From NCBI GenBank assembly GCA_965197905.1, contig CBDAOB010000005.1:2016001-2080000 (forward strand): a stretch of 64,000 bases of DNA, given 5' to 3'. A program made the translations under genes and the position numbers. Source of the DNA: Candidatus Latescibacterota bacterium. GTDB lineage: Bacteria > Latescibacterota > UBA2968 > UBA8231. Positions 1 through 12,123 of this stretch are shown one piece after another (positions within the stretch are counted from its first letter, which is position 1; each line of letters starts with the position of its first letter). The notes beneath the pieces are model-generated. The model saw only the letters and a list, made by a program, of their open reading frames with translations. It did not search any database and was not told where the DNA came from.

Positions 1-54
1 CGAGTGAATCTCCCCGAACTTGCCGGAGGCTCCATTTTTTGAGAGGATTGGAGC

Positions 55-1277
<1,223 letters not shown>

Positions 1278-1526
1278 TGAGCCTCCGGAGAACCCGGGGC
1301 GATTCAAAGACTCGGTTGGTCCGGGACTGTTTCACCTTCGATGTTCCAAGCGACTCATCTCACAATCCAAGCTCGAATCGAGGTTCGTTTGCTTGAAAAC
1401 GCGCCAATATACCCACATCGGCAGGTAACGCCAATGGCGACGGGACAGCTCTCGTCCTTGTGAAACGATTCCCCTCCCGCCATATTATACGCCGTTTGAA
1501 CAACAAGAGTCTTTTGGAAAGTTGGC

Positions 1527-2213
1527 ATGAATCCGAAAGAGGTCGCTGCCCTCAAAGCAGTTCAGTACGTCCGCGACGGCATGGTCGTTGGTCTTGGCAC
1601 AGGCTCCACTGCGGAGTTTGCCATCAGAGCGCTTGGCGAGCGGGTCGGGGAGGGTTTGAAAGTGCAGACGATTGCCACCTCGGACGAATCGGAGCGCCTG
1701 GCGCGAGAACTCTCCATCGAGGTAGTAACCCTCGAAGACGAGCCGGTAGTCGATCTCACCATTGACGGAGCCGACGAGGTCGATCCCAACCTCGATCTCA
1801 TCAAAGGACTGGGCGGCGCACTATTGCGCGAAAAAATCGTCGCGACGGCTAGCACGAGAGAGGTTATCATCGTGGACCCTTCCAAGAAGGTGCAAAAACT
1901 TGGAACCAGATCCCCGCTTCCCATCGAGGTGATCCCGTTCGCGTGGCCGTTAGTGCACCGAGAACTCATGGAGGGTGGATTGCGATCCAAACTCAGACCG
2001 GCTAAAGACGGACAGGCCACCTACGAGACGGACAATGGAAATCTTGTTCTGGATTGCGCCTTTCCTGATGGCATCGACGATCCCTTGCAGATGGAAAGCC
2101 GGATCAATCGCATGGCCGGTGTGATCGAGAACGGATTGTTCGTCGGCTTGACCCACATCGTCATCGTGGGCAACGAAGACGGAACATGTGAGATCCTGGA
2201 GAGGTCGACGTGA
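1527..2213 (+). CDS. rpiA: Ribose-5-phosphate isomerase A
   Basis: GLGTGST, DGADEVD, IKGLGGALLREKIV and GVIENGLF motifs. Confidence 0.96.
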   Translation: MNPKEVAALKAVQYVRDGMVVGLGTGSTAEFAIRALGERVGEGLKVQTIATSDESERLARELSIEVVTLEDEPVVDLTIDGADEVDPNLDLIKGLGGALLREKIVATASTREVIIVDPSKKVQKLGTRSPLPIEVIPFAWPLVHRELMEGGLRSKLRPAKDGQATYETDNGNLVLDCAFPDGIDDPLQMESRINRMAGVIENGLFVGLTHIVIVGNEDGTCEILERST

Positions 2214-3325
2214 GCGAGGCGAATCGAAACGATACACGGCGGCGCTTCCTGCGCAACGCCGGGCTCGCTACCACCGGGATCGTTGCCGCCGGGGGCCTCG
2301 AAAAGAGCGCGGCCATGGCGTCTGAGCCTTACACCTGGAAGATGGTCACCACCTGGCCGAAGAATTTTCCGGGCCTTGGAACCGGCGCCAATCACCTGGC
2401 TGAAACGATAGCGCAGATGTCGGGCGGGCAGTTGCGCATTCGAGTGTATGGCGCCGGAGAGCTAGTCCCCGCCCTCGGGGTATTCGATGCTGTCAGTCGC
2501 GGCACCGCCGAGATGGGCCATGCCGCATCCTATTACTGGAAGGGTAAACACGAAGCAACCCAGCTGTTCGCAGCTGTACCGTTCGGCTTGAACGCCATGG
2601 AGATGAACGCCTGGTTGTATTTTGGTGGCGCCCAGCAGCTATGGGACCGACTCTACGGCGATTTCAATCTCAAGGGATTCCCCGCCGGCAACACCGGCGT
2701 TCAGATGGGCGGTTGGTTCAATCGGGAGATCAACGAGATCGGCGATTTCAGCGGACTCAAGATTCGCATGCCCGGCCTTGGCGGTGAGGTCCTCCGCAGC
2801 CTGGGCGCCACCGTGCAGCTGCTTCCGGGGGGAGAGATCTTTCAGGCACTCAAGACCGGAGTCATCGACGCCACCGAGTGGGTGGGACCCGACAACGATC
2901 TGGCCTTCGGCTTTCAACAGGCTGCCAGATTCTACTACTGGCCCGGCTGGCACGAGCCCGGTACCACCATCGAGGCGATGGTAAACAGGGAAGCGTTCGA
3001 AAATCTCCCGGCCCATCTGCGTGCCGTGATCGAACGCGCCTGCCAGGCCGCCAACGACCACATGCTGGCAGAGTTCACAGCCAGAAACAGCGCCGCGCTG
3101 CAAACCCTCGTAAGCAAACACAAAGTCCAGCTGCGCCGTTTTCCCGATCCTGTGTTGAAGGCCCTGGGCTCGAAGGCCGCCCGCGTCGTCGAGGAGATTG
3201 CTGCCAGCGATCCTTTCTCCAAACAGGTGTACGATTCCTTCCAGAACTTCCGCAAAGATTCCGCGGGTTATACGCGCATCACCGAGCAGGCCTACTCCCA
3301 CGCTCGTGCCCTCACATTCGGATAG
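2210..3325 (+). CDS. TRAP transporter substrate-binding protein (DctP/TakP-like), Tat signal
   Basis: TRRRFL twin-arginine leader; WKMVTTWP, GNTGVQMGGWF, GLKIRMPG, EWVGP and PGWHEP motifs of the keto-acid-binding TakP subgroup. Confidence 0.92.
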   Translation: MSEANRNDTRRRFLRNAGLATTGIVAAGGLEKSAAMASEPYTWKMVTTWPKNFPGLGTGANHLAETIAQMSGGQLRIRVYGAGELVPALGVFDAVSRGTAEMGHAASYYWKGKHEATQLFAAVPFGLNAMEMNAWLYFGGAQQLWDRLYGDFNLKGFPAGNTGVQMGGWFNREINEIGDFSGLKIRMPGLGGEVLRSLGATVQLLPGGEIFQALKTGVIDATEWVGPDNDLAFGFQQAARFYYWPGWHEPGTTIEAMVNREAFENLPAHLRAVIERACQAANDHMLAEFTARNSAALQTLVSKHKVQLRRFPDPVLKALGSKAARVVEEIAASDPFSKQVYDSFQNFRKDSAGYTRITEQAYSHARALTFG

Positions 3326-3337
3326 ACAACCCGTACC

Positions 3338-3811
3338 TTGAGGGTCGCCGATAAATGGGTATCGCGCACCCTGCCGTGGCTTACGCTTGCCATGGTCCTG
3401 GTGACTTTCACGATCGTCATACTGCGGTACGGGTTCGAGCTGGGATGGGTCTGGATGCAAGAGATCGTGCTGTATATGCACGCTTTCGTTTTTCTTCTCG
3501 GTTCGGCCTACGCCCTGGGCCGCGACGCTCACGTTCGTGTCGACATCCTGTATCGCCCGCTGTCTGAACGGGGCAAGGCGGTGGTCGACGGGCTCGGCTC
3601 GCTCTTGCTGCTCATCCCAATCTGTATGGTGATTTTCCATCAAGCGTATCCGTACGTCATCGACTCCTGGCTCGTCTTCGAGGGTTCGAAAGACGGAGGC
3701 GGACTCGAAGCGGTCTTCCTGCTCAAGACCGGCATACTGCTGTTCTGTCTCCTGCTCTTTCTGCAGGCGCTGGCCATCTTGCGACGAACTGTTTCAACCC
3801 TTCGAAGGTGA
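3338..3811 (+). CDS. TRAP small permease DctQ
   Basis: Four hydrophobic segments, HVRVDILY motif, lies between dctP and dctM. Start uncertain. Confidence 0.88.
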   Translation: MRVADKWVSRTLPWLTLAMVLVTFTIVILRYGFELGWVWMQEIVLYMHAFVFLLGSAYALGRDAHVRVDILYRPLSERGKAVVDGLGSLLLLIPICMVIFHQAYPYVIDSWLVFEGSKDGGGLEAVFLLKTGILLFCLLLFLQALAILRRTVSTLRR

Positions 3812-5208
3812 CGAGCGTGTCCGACTATCTCCCGTTGCTGATGTTCCTGGTTACCCTTGCCGTCCTGCTCTCCGGGTACCCGGTGGCATTCTGCCTCGCC
3901 GGAACCGCCCTGTTGTTCGCTGCCCTCGGCATTCTTGGCGGTCAGTTCGACGCCGCCTTCCTATCGGCGATCCCGCCGCGAATATTCGGCATCATGGCCA
4001 ACGAGACCCTGATCGCTGTACCGCTCTTCGTATTTATGGGAGTGGTGTTGGAACGGTCGAAGATCGCCGAGGATTTGCTGGACACCATGTCGCAGCTGTT
4101 CGGAGGATTGCGCGGCGGATTGGGAATCTCGGTCTGTCTAGTGGGGGGACTGTTGGCGGCCTCCACCGGCATCGTGGGCGCTACCGTCGTAACGATGGGG
4201 CTCATTTCGCTGCCCGCCATGTTGAAGAGACGCTACTCGCCTTCTCTCTCCTCCGGTATCATCTGTGCATCTGGAACCTTGGGACAGATCATTCCCCCCA
4301 GTATCGTCCTGGTGATCCTTGGAGATGTGATCAGCTCCGCCAATCAACAAGCGCAGCTCGACCTCGGTAATTTCTCGCCAACCGGTGTGTCTGTGGGAGA
4401 CTTGTTTTTGGGCGCCTTGGTGCCTGGGCTCCTCTTGATGTGTATGTATACCGGGTATGTCGTGGTTGTCGGTCAACTGCGGCCGCACCTGGTTCCGGCG
4501 TTGTCCGCCACCGATCGCGAGCCACTCGCGAGCCGCGCATTTCTACGCAAGCTTCTTTTGGTTCTGGCGCCTCCTCTCATCTTGATTGTGGGAGTGCTGG
4601 GTTCGATCCTCACCGGCATTGCCACCCCTACCGAAGCGGCTTCGGTGGGCGCGGTGGGTGCAATCCTGTTGTCGTTGCTCAAGGGAGAGCTCAACCGGGA
4701 CGTGTTGTCTCAGGTCATGCGTACGACGACCGAGATCAACACCATGGTCTTCACGATACTCATAGGAGCCAGCGTCTTCTCCCTGGTGTTTCGCGGGTAT
4801 GGAGGAGATTTAGTCGTGGAGGAGTTTCTGCAGGGCCTCGATGGAGGTGTTGCGGGTTCGTTCGTGGCGGTGATGGTGGCGATGTTCTTTCTCGGTTTTT
4901 TTCTGGATTTCTTCGAGATCATTTTTGTCGTGGTGCCGATCGTGGGTCCCATATTATTGAAGATGGGACTAGACCCGATCTGGCTCGGGGTGATGATAGC
5001 TGTCAACCTGCAGACGTCTTTCTTAACACCTCCGTTCGGTTTCGCCCTGTTCTATCTGCGTGGAGTGGCCCCCGGAGAGATCGATACACGGCAGATTTAC
5101 GCGGGAGTAATACCCTTCATATTGATGCAACTGGCGATGCTGCTGGCTTTGTGGATCTACCCCGAACTCGCTACCGCCCTGCCGAGAATGGCGTTCCAGT
5201 ATCCCTGA
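3808..5208 (+). CDS. TRAP large permease DctM
   Basis: AVPLFVFMG, ASGTLGQIIPPS, GIATPTEA and QTSFLTPPFG motifs. Confidence 0.95.
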   Translation: MTSVSDYLPLLMFLVTLAVLLSGYPVAFCLAGTALLFAALGILGGQFDAAFLSAIPPRIFGIMANETLIAVPLFVFMGVVLERSKIAEDLLDTMSQLFGGLRGGLGISVCLVGGLLAASTGIVGATVVTMGLISLPAMLKRRYSPSLSSGIICASGTLGQIIPPSIVLVILGDVISSANQQAQLDLGNFSPTGVSVGDLFLGALVPGLLLMCMYTGYVVVVGQLRPHLVPALSATDREPLASRAFLRKLLLVLAPPLILIVGVLGSILTGIATPTEAASVGAVGAILLSLLKGELNRDVLSQVMRTTTEINTMVFTILIGASVFSLVFRGYGGDLVVEEFLQGLDGGVAGSFVAVMVAMFFLGFFLDFFEIIFVVVPIVGPILLKMGLDPIWLGVMIAVNLQTSFLTPPFGFALFYLRGVAPGEIDTRQIYAGVIPFILMQLAMLLALWIYPELATALPRMAFQYP

Positions 5209-5236
5209 CTCGACGGTATCGTGCGGACGTAACGCC

Positions 5237-5653
5237 TCACCCGAGCCCGACTCCGACCCCGTGATCGTATACCAGCTCACCGCCGAAGTAGGCGGCGATC
5301 CACAGAACCACGCTTGCTAGCAGCGCGGCAATAGCCCAAATACGGGGGTCGCGTCCCTGCAGCTGGAACGGAAGGCGCCCCAGGGCGATGAGCAGGCAAA
5401 GAAACAAAGACGCAGTTGCCCAGTCTTCGTGTCGTTCGATCAAGATGGCGATCGAGCCGTCTGCCCGATTGGATGCAGCCGCGTCATTGCCCGAGACCAC
5501 CGAGCCGATGGCGGACAGGGTGCCCGCAACCAGAACCGCAAAAGCCAGCGGGTGCCACTCCCGCTTCCCCAATGGGCCTGCGATCAGATCGATAGCCGCG
5601 CTGAGTGGCAGCAGGACGAGCGGAAAATGAACCAGTGCCGGATGTAGCTCCAT
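5237..5653 (-). CDS. DUF2231-like membrane protein
   Basis: LHPALVHFP N-terminus, conserved H in ERHE, GGELVY.HGVG C-terminus. ATG at 5653 preferred over the longer ORF. Confidence 0.8.
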   Translation of the reverse strand: MELHPALVHFPLVLLPLSAAIDLIAGPLGKREWHPLAFAVLVAGTLSAIGSVVSGNDAAASNRADGSIAILIERHEDWATASLFLCLLIALGRLPFQLQGRDPRIWAIAALLASVVLWIAAYFGGELVYDHGVGVGLG

Positions 5654-5713
5654 ATTGCTCACCAAATTTGTGGCCGCCAAGATAGACCGGCCTCGCTGGC
5701 GCTGCAAGGCAAG

Positions 5714-5742
5714 TTGACAGCTACACCGCTTCGCGATATCAT
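5714..5742 (+). promoter_or_regulatory. sigma70-type promoter for the MAL operon
   Basis: TTGACA-17 bp-TATCAT. The ORF-track start TTG at 5714 is this -35 box, so the true start is downstream. Confidence 0.7.
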
Positions 5743-5791
5743 TCGACCCTTCGATTCTGCCTCAGGGCAATCCACTACAGGTATAAGATCG

Positions 5792-7030
5792 TTGCGAATC
5801 CAGAAAGCGATCGCTATTCCCGCGCTGGGGGGTTACTACAACGAGGACCTCAAAGCCATCCGCTCCGGCGCAAAACCGGATGGCCTGTTCTTTGCCGATC
5901 CCCCACAGTCTCCAGGGTTTCGCTCCATTCGCCAGCCCAGCGAGGCCTCATCCATCTTACTCATTCTCGATGACCATCAGGTTGCCTTCGGCGATGCGCT
6001 CAGCGTCGACTATGCCGCCGCGGGGGGCCGCTCCGGGCTCTTCTCAGCGGAACGACAGGTTCCCCTGTTGAACGAGATATGCCAGACCCTCGTTGGTCGC
6101 AGGATCGGCGGGTTCGTCGCCATGTGCGAGGAGCTAGAGGAAACCGTCGCTCGAAACGGGCTGCACCAGCCAGGAGCCATGTTCGGTTTCTCACAGGCCA
6201 TCCTCCAGGCCGTGGCGATGAAGCGGAAGATCACCTGCGCCGAGGTGGTGGCCGATGAACTGGGCACCACCATCGGAGATGAACCCACTCCACTCGGCAT
6301 TCAGAGCGGGGAGTACCGCCGGGACGCCGTGGACAAAGCGATCGCAAAAGGTGTGGATGTCTTGCCCCACGGATTGATCAACGACCTGGAGACAACGGTC
6401 GGCACCGAGGGAGTAAAGCTGAAGGAATATGTGTTGTGGATCGCCGACCGCATACGGAAGTACGGGGTTGAGGGATACGCACCGCGGATCCACTTGGATC
6501 TCTATGGCCAGCTAGGCGCCACGTTCGATCACGACCTCGAGAGAATGACCAAGTTCTTGAGTGATCTCGAGCATACTGCCCGACCTTACCAGCTGTGCAT
6601 CGAGACACCGGTGCTGATGGAAAGCCTGGAGTCTCAGCTCGCGCTATTGACGACACTGCGCGCTGCGCTGGATAAATGCGGATCAACGGTTCAGCTTATA
6701 GTCGACGAATGGGCGAACGACCTGCACGACATCCGCCGTTTCCTCAATGCCGCAGCGGCGCATATGATCCACATCAAAACTCCCGATCTCGGTTCTCTTC
6801 ACCGCAGCGCCCAGGCCGTTCTCGAATGCCGCGCCGCCGGGGTCGCACCGGTTCTGGGCGGCTCTTGTGCCGAGACCGACCAGTCTGCGCGGCTGGTGGC
6901 CCACATTGCGCTTGCAACCTCACCGGAGTGGGTGCTGGCGCGCCCCGGGATGGGTGTGGACGAGGGTGTGCAGCTCCTGCACAACGAGATGGCTCGAACT
7001 CTAGCTCTCATCAAGGCGAGGACCCGATGA
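5792..7030 (+). CDS. Methylaspartate ammonia-lyase family protein (enolase superfamily), divergent
   Basis: QSG, VLPHGLIN, HLDLYG, IVDEW, IKTPDLG, GGSC.ETD and PGMGVDEG motifs match MAL. Start TTG 5792 inferred from homology and the promoter. Confidence 0.9.
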   Translation: MRIQKAIAIPALGGYYNEDLKAIRSGAKPDGLFFADPPQSPGFRSIRQPSEASSILLILDDHQVAFGDALSVDYAAAGGRSGLFSAERQVPLLNEICQTLVGRRIGGFVAMCEELEETVARNGLHQPGAMFGFSQAILQAVAMKRKITCAEVVADELGTTIGDEPTPLGIQSGEYRRDAVDKAIAKGVDVLPHGLINDLETTVGTEGVKLKEYVLWIADRIRKYGVEGYAPRIHLDLYGQLGATFDHDLERMTKFLSDLEHTARPYQLCIETPVLMESLESQLALLTTLRAALDKCGSTVQLIVDEWANDLHDIRRFLNAAAAHMIHIKTPDLGSLHRSAQAVLECRAAGVAPVLGGSCAETDQSARLVAHIALATSPEWVLARPGMGVDEGVQLLHNEMARTLALIKARTR

Positions 7031-8154
7031 GCGGCATCCTCCAGTGTGCTAGGTGCGGCTTTGATTGCGGACCCGAATCGACCAACTATTGCTGTCCCAA
7101 ATGCCAGAGCAAGCTGATCTACCGAGGGACAAAACCGAGGTTCCCGGAACGGTCGATTTGTCAGCGCAACGCCGATATGTGGCGTTATGCCGAGGCGCTC
7201 CCCCACTTCGAACAACGCGTCTCTCTCGGGGAAGGTTTTACTCCCCTTGTGCCGTTGACCGTCGACGGCATCCAGACCCTCGCCAAGTGCGAGTTCAGCC
7301 TGCCCAGCGGATCCTACAAGGATCGCGGCTCGGCCACCCTGATGAGCTACCTGCGGTCTATTGGCGCGGGGGAAGTCGTGGAGGATTCTTCGGGCAATGC
7401 CGGCGCCTCCCTGGCCGCTTATGCGGCGCGCGCGGGCATGCCGTTGAAGATCTTCTGCCCCGCCGACGCGCCGTCGGGAAAGCTTATGCAGATTCGCCTT
7501 GCCGGGGCCGACCTGGTCAAGGTGCCCGGTCCCAGACCGCGCGCGACCGAGGCGCTTTTGGAATACATAACCCAATACAATGCCGTCTACGCCTCCCACC
7601 TGTGGCACCCTATGTTCGTCGAAGGCATAAAAACCATCGCTTTCGAGCTCGCTGAGCAACTTTCCTGGCGCGCGCCGGCAGCCGTTGTTTTTCCGGTGGG
7701 AGCCGGGAGTATCCTGCTCGGCCTATATCGAGGATTTAAGGAGTTGTTGGAGGCGGACATGATTCCGTCACTCCCGATTCTCGTTGCCGTGCAAGCGGAG
7801 AAGAACTGTGCACTCCACAACGCTTTCGTAAACAATGCCGAGGAGATCTCTCAGATTCCCCCGCCCCAACCCAGCCTTGCCGATGGCCTCGCCGCCAGTC
7901 CAGGTGTTCACGGCCCCGAGCTACTTCAGGGGGTGCGGGAATCGCAGGGAACCGTCGTTACCGTTTCCGAGGCGGAGATAGCCGAGGGTGTCCATGCCCT
8001 GGGACGACTTGGTTTTTGTGTGGAGCCCACCACCGCTGTGGTTTGGCACGGAACGAGGCACGCCCGCGAGTTGTTGGCCGGTGAAGGTGCTGTGGTGGTG
8101 GTCCTGTCGGGCAATGGCCTGAAGGCGGCGCAGACCATCGACGGTATTCTTTGA
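7027..8154 (+). CDS. Threonine-synthase-family PLP enzyme (fold type II) with N-terminal zinc ribbon
   Basis: CARC...CPKC, SLGEGFTPL, PSGSYKDRG (PLP Lys), DSSGNAGAS, EGIKT, PVGAG and VEPT. ATGA overlap with the MAL stop. Confidence 0.88.
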   Translation: MSGILQCARCGFDCGPESTNYCCPKCQSKLIYRGTKPRFPERSICQRNADMWRYAEALPHFEQRVSLGEGFTPLVPLTVDGIQTLAKCEFSLPSGSYKDRGSATLMSYLRSIGAGEVVEDSSGNAGASLAAYAARAGMPLKIFCPADAPSGKLMQIRLAGADLVKVPGPRPRATEALLEYITQYNAVYASHLWHPMFVEGIKTIAFELAEQLSWRAPAAVVFPVGAGSILLGLYRGFKELLEADMIPSLPILVAVQAEKNCALHNAFVNNAEEISQIPPPQPSLADGLAASPGVHGPELLQGVRESQGTVVTVSEAEIAEGVHALGRLGFCVEPTTAVVWHGTRHARELLAGEGAVVVVLSGNGLKAAQTIDGIL

Positions 8155-8167
8155 ATCGAGTCGTGGC

Positions 8168-8794
8168 ATGAAGCGAGTCCTCGTTCTTTTTGCACATCCG
8201 GCGTTTCAAAAGTCGAGGGCCAGCAAGATACTGATCGAGGCGTACCGCGGAATGGAAATGCTTACGTTTCGCGACCTCTACGAGGAATACCCCGATTTCA
8301 ATATCGATATAGCGATGGAGCAGCGCCTGTTGGTGGAGAACGATATCGTGATCCTCCATCACCCATTCTACTGGTATAGCAGCCCCGCGCTCTTGAAGGA
8401 GTGGCTCGACCTGGTTCTCGAAGTCGGGTTCGCCTACGGCAAAGGCGGCACGGCTCTTCAGGGAAAGAGTTTGCTCACCGTGATTACGACGGGAGGCAAT
8501 CTGGAGGCGTATCGGGAAGATGGCTACAATCGTTTCTCCATCCGCGAATTTCTGATTCCCTTCGAACAGACGGCCACCCTTTGCGGCATGACTTACCTGC
8601 CGCCGTTCGTCGCCTGCGGGATGCATTCCGCTCAGCCGGCTCAGTCGATGGAGGAGCACACCGCGTCGCTGCGACAGATTCTGATCGCACTGCGAGATGG
8701 TGGATTGGAGGTCGCCCAGTTGCTACGGTACACATTCCTGAACGAGGCCTTGAAACTTCTAAACAACGGAAGCAGGGACGAGCATGCACGGTGA
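8168..8794 (+). CDS. Kef ancillary NAD(P)H oxidoreductase (KefG/KefF family)
   Basis: AHP, DLYEEYPDF.ID, HPFYWYSSPALLKEWLD and GFAYG; directly upstream of the Kef antiporter. Confidence 0.9.
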   Translation: MKRVLVLFAHPAFQKSRASKILIEAYRGMEMLTFRDLYEEYPDFNIDIAMEQRLLVENDIVILHHPFYWYSSPALLKEWLDLVLEVGFAYGKGGTALQGKSLLTVITTGGNLEAYREDGYNRFSIREFLIPFEQTATLCGMTYLPPFVACGMHSAQPAQSMEEHTASLRQILIALRDGGLEVAQLLRYTFLNEALKLLNNGSRDEHAR

Positions 8795-10670
8795 CGGATT
8801 TTTCTATCAAGCTTTCGTCTATCTGTTGGCCGCAGTGGTTTCGGTCCCCATCGCCAAGAAGCTTGGCCTCGGCTCGGTCCTTGGCTACCTGACTGCCGGC
8901 GTCGTGATCGGTCCATTCGCCCTTGGTTTGGTTGGAGCCGAAGGACAGGATGTGATGCACTTCGCCGAATTCGGCGTCGTCATGATGTTGTTTCTGGTCG
9001 GCCTGGAGTTGCAGCCATCTCTACTGTGGAAGCTGAAAGCTCCCATCCTGGGTATGGGAGGGCTTCAGGTAGGCGCAACCGCCGGTGTCATCGCGGTGGT
9101 CGGATTGGCACTTGGGTTCGCGTGGCAAGTAACAGTTGCCGTCGGGTTGATCCTGGCCTTGTCTTCCACCGCGATCGTGCTCCAGAGTCTGGCCGAAAAA
9201 GGTTTGATGAAAACTCCTGGAGGTGAGCGTTGTTTCTCAGTCCTCCTGTTCCAGGACATCTCGGTCATCCCCGTGTTGGCGATTCTCCCCATGCTCGCCG
9301 TGAGCACCATCGCTGGCGCCGACGGCAGTCATGACGGCATTGGCGCTTTGCCCGGGTGGCAACAGGCGTTGATCGTAGCGGCACTTATCGGACTCATCGT
9401 CGTGGGCGGCAAGCTTCTGGTACGCCCGGCTTTTCGATTGATCGCCGCCACCCGGTTGCGAGAGGTCTTCACCGCGGCTGCCCTTCTGCTGGTTATCGGC
9501 ATCGCCCTCGCCATGCAAAAGGTTGGGCTTTCTCCTGCCCTTGGCACCTTCCTCGCGGGAGTGGTGCTTGCCGAAAGCGAATATCGACACGAGTTGGAAT
9601 CGGATATCGAGCCGTTCAAAGGGCTCCTTCTGGGGCTCTTCTTCATCGCCGTCGGCGCGAGTATCGACTTCACGTTCTTGCGCGAGAACCCGCAATTGGT
9701 GACCCAGCTGGTTGTCGGGCTGGTGGCTGTGAAGTTGCTCGTACTCGCAGTGGTCGGGCGTCTGTTCCGACTCGAGTGGTCGCAGAATTTCCTGTTCACC
9801 TTCGCCCTTGCCCAGGGAGGAGAGTTCGCCTTCGTCCTGTTTTCTTTTGCGACCCAGAATGGGGTGCTTTCCCCGGAGATCGCCAACCCGCTTGTCGCTA
9901 CGGTAGCACTTTCCATGGCGACCACGCCGCTGCTCATGATCCTGAACGAGAAGTTTATCCAGCCCCGCTTCGCCGTTCCAAAACAGCAGGAAGCAGACCT
10001 CATCGAGGAACAGCACCCGGTGATCATCGCCGGATACGGTCGTTTTGGCCACATCGTTGGCCGCATGCTCAAAGCGAATGGGATCAACGCAACCGTGTTG
10101 GATCTGGACCCGGAGCAGATCGAAACCTTGGCCCGCTTCGGCATGAAGGTGTTTTACGGCGATGCAGCACGCCTAGACCTGTTGCACACCGCCGGATTGG
10201 ACAGGGCGAAGCTGCTTATTCTGGCCATCGACGATCCGGAAAAGTGCAATGGGTTGGTGGAGGCTGTGCGCCAGAGGCACCCCGAAATCGTGATCCTTGC
10301 TCGAGCGCATAGTTTGCACCACGCCTACGAGCTCACCCAAACCGGCGCCGACCAGGTCTTTCGAGAGACCCTGGACAGCGCCATAACGATGGGGGAAGAA
10401 GCCCTGAAGGCCGTCGGATTCCGTTCCTACCAAGCGCACCGTGCCGGCCGGATCTTCCGGAAACACGAACGGACGGCCATGGGGTCTCTGTTCAATTTGT
10501 GGGCGGAGGGAGAGTCGTTCTGGGATCATGCCCGTGAGCACGTGAGCGAGCTGGAGCGCATGATGCAGCAGGATCAACTCGACTTTGCCGAGGCAATGGA
10601 TCACGCCTGGGAAGCCGCCTCGCCGGAAACCGAAGAGGGTTCAGACGGCTCTACCGCTCCGTCTTCTTGA
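8784..10670 (+). CDS. Glutathione-gated K+ efflux antiporter (KefB/KefC, CPA2 + KTN)
   Basis: [50 protein letters not shown] domain GYGRFG and YGDA. Confidence 0.95.
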   Translation: MHGDGFFYQAFVYLLAAVVSVPIAKKLGLGSVLGYLTAGVVIGPFALGLVGAEGQDVMHFAEFGVVMMLFLVGLELQPSLLWKLKAPILGMGGLQVGATAGVIAVVGLALGFAWQVTVAVGLILALSSTAIVLQSLAEKGLMKTPGGERCFSVLLFQDISVIPVLAILPMLAVSTIAGADGSHDGIGALPGWQQALIVAALIGLIVVGGKLLVRPAFRLIAATRLREVFTAAALLLVIGIALAMQKVGLSPALGTFLAGVVLAESEYRHELESDIEPFKGLLLGLFFIAVGASIDFTFLRENPQLVTQLVVGLVAVKLLVLAVVGRLFRLEWSQNFLFTFALAQGGEFAFVLFSFATQNGVLSPEIANPLVATVALSMATTPLLMILNEKFIQPRFAVPKQQEADLIEEQHPVIIAGYGRFGHIVGRMLKANGINATVLDLDPEQIETLARFGMKVFYGDAARLDLLHTAGLDRAKLLILAIDDPEKCNGLVEAVRQRHPEIVILARAHSLHHAYELTQTGADQVFRETLDSAITMGEEALKAVGFRSYQAHRAGRIFRKHERTAMGSLFNLWAEGESFWDHAREHVSELERMMQQDQLDFAEAMDHAWEAASPETEEGSDGSTAPSS

Positions 10671-12123
10671 GGCCTTTCAGCTCGAGCGCTTGAGGGTGAT
10701 CCTTGTAGAACGGATCCAACGGATAACAACCCGAGAGGAGCCCGTTTCGGGGCGCGGTCGTACAATCGCTGAAGGTCCGGCAGATTCGTTTTCGTTCCAC
10801 CTTGCCCTCCCCCAGCACATGGGCGGGCAGGTCCCAATACGATAGGATCATTCGCCCCAACCCTACGAAGTCGACGTTTCCGGCCCTAACTTCAGCCTGC
10901 GCCACGTGCGGCAGATACTCCTGCAGATAGCTGTACCCCGAACCAACGACCCCCATCTCTGGAAAGTTTTGTTTGATCTCGGCCGTCGCCCACAGCTGGC
11001 GCACGACTCCGGTTAACGGATCCTCGGGTGGCTGATAACCATCTGAAGGCGGGAAGAGCGCCGGCCGTTGAATATGGGGGTTGTAATACGGGCTGCCGGC
11101 CGAAACATTGAGCAGTTCGACGCCCCAATCCTGTAGCGCTCGAACAAAACGCAGGGTTTCGGACAGGTCGATCTGCAGCGGGTCGTCGGGCGACACGCCG
11201 AATCCCCAGTCATAGGGCAGCGAGCGGTCGTATCGTTCGGGGATGCCGGGACCCAACCCGTGTTTCCTGTTTGCTTCCGGATCGGGGCGGAAGGGAATGA
11301 AATCAAAAGCACTCAGCCTGACACCCAAACACAGTTGGGGTGCAACAGCGCGAATGCCCTGGAGAATCTCGCGGCAGAACCGGGTCCGGTTCTCGAACGA
11401 TCCACCAAACTCACCGGGCCGGTCTCGAGCGCTGAGGAATTCGTGGCCCAGATAGCCGTGGCAATGTTTCACATCCACGAATTGATATCCCTCTTCGTGG
11501 GCAATGCGAGCCGCCTCGATATAGCGCTCGATCAGGCGTCGTATGTAGTCGTCGTCGAGTAGGGGATAATCGGCGGGGAGATTGAACTTCTGATCGAGAA
11601 TGGGATGGTGATACAGGATCGCCGGCTCCATCCGGTCCTTGCGAAAGGGTCGGCAAAATCGACCAGAATGAGTCAACTGCAGCCCGATCAACAAATCGTC
11701 CGTATTGCCGAAGGCTTCCCTGTGGGCTCCCAGCAGGATCTGCCGCAGTTCGGCCAAACCACTCCGGGTTTCAGGGGTGGCCAAGAGTTGATTGGGGTTG
11801 GCCCGGCCTTCTGGGCAAACGGCAAACGCTTCCCCACCCCAGACCAACTTCGCCCCACTCAACCCGAAATTGTGCCACCTTCTTCGTACGTACTCGGTTG
11901 GCAGACCGTCTTCCGTCCCGTCCCACCCCTCCATCGGTTGGACGGCGAAGCGGTTGCCGATAGCGAGGTCGCCAAGGCGGTAGGGCTGGGCAAGAGGAGA
12001 CTCAGGCGCCCGAAGGATGCGGTCGTCACAGTCCAGATCGACTCCCAAGTCTTGGGTATGAGCCAGTAGGTCCGCGCTCTGTTTGAAACTGGAGATGCGC
12101 CGAAAACGGACGCCGTCAGGCAT
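10651..12123 (-). CDS. NADH:flavin oxidoreductase (old yellow enzyme family)
   Basis: [42 protein letters not shown] and VGLGR. ATG 12123 preferred. Confidence 0.88.
   Translation of the reverse strand: MPDGVRFRRISSFKQSADLLAHTQDLGVDLDCDDRILRAPESPLAQPYRLGDLAIGNRFAVQPMEGWDGTEDGLPTEYVRRRWHNFGLSGAKLVWGGEAFAVCPEGRANPNQLLATPETRSGLAELRQILLGAHREAFGNTDDLLIGLQLTHSGRFCRPFRKDRMEPAILYHHPILDQKFNLPADYPLLDDDYIRRLIERYIEAARIAHEEGYQFVDVKHCHGYLGHEFLSARDRPGEFGGSFENRTRFCREILQGIRAVAPQLCLGVRLSAFDFIPFRPDPEANRKHGLGPGIPERYDRSLPYDWGFGVSPDDPLQIDLSETLRFVRALQDWGVELLNVSAGSPYYNPHIQRPALFPPSDGYQPPEDPLTGVVRQLWATAEIKQNFPEMGVVGSGYSYLQEYLPHVAQAEVRAGNVDFVGLGRMILSYWDLPAHVLGEGKVERKRICRTFSDCTTAPRNGLLSGCYPLDPFYKDHPQALELKGLKKTER

Noticed and set aside
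2639..3643. Long antisense and alternate-frame ORFs (also 9237-10312, 16566-17468, 20674-21537 and others)
   Set aside because: Shadow ORFs of well-supported genes, as expected in GC-rich DNA.
5714..5791. N-terminal extension of MAL in the ORF track
   Set aside because: The TTG is the -35 box of a good promoter; homology starts at 5792.
6676..7026. Long N-terminal extension of the threonine-synthase-like ORF (likewise 19922-20173 of folA, 37471-37824, 51335-51409 and 60343-60522)
   Set aside because: These overlap neighbouring genes or regulatory DNA; the true starts are the downstream coupled codons.
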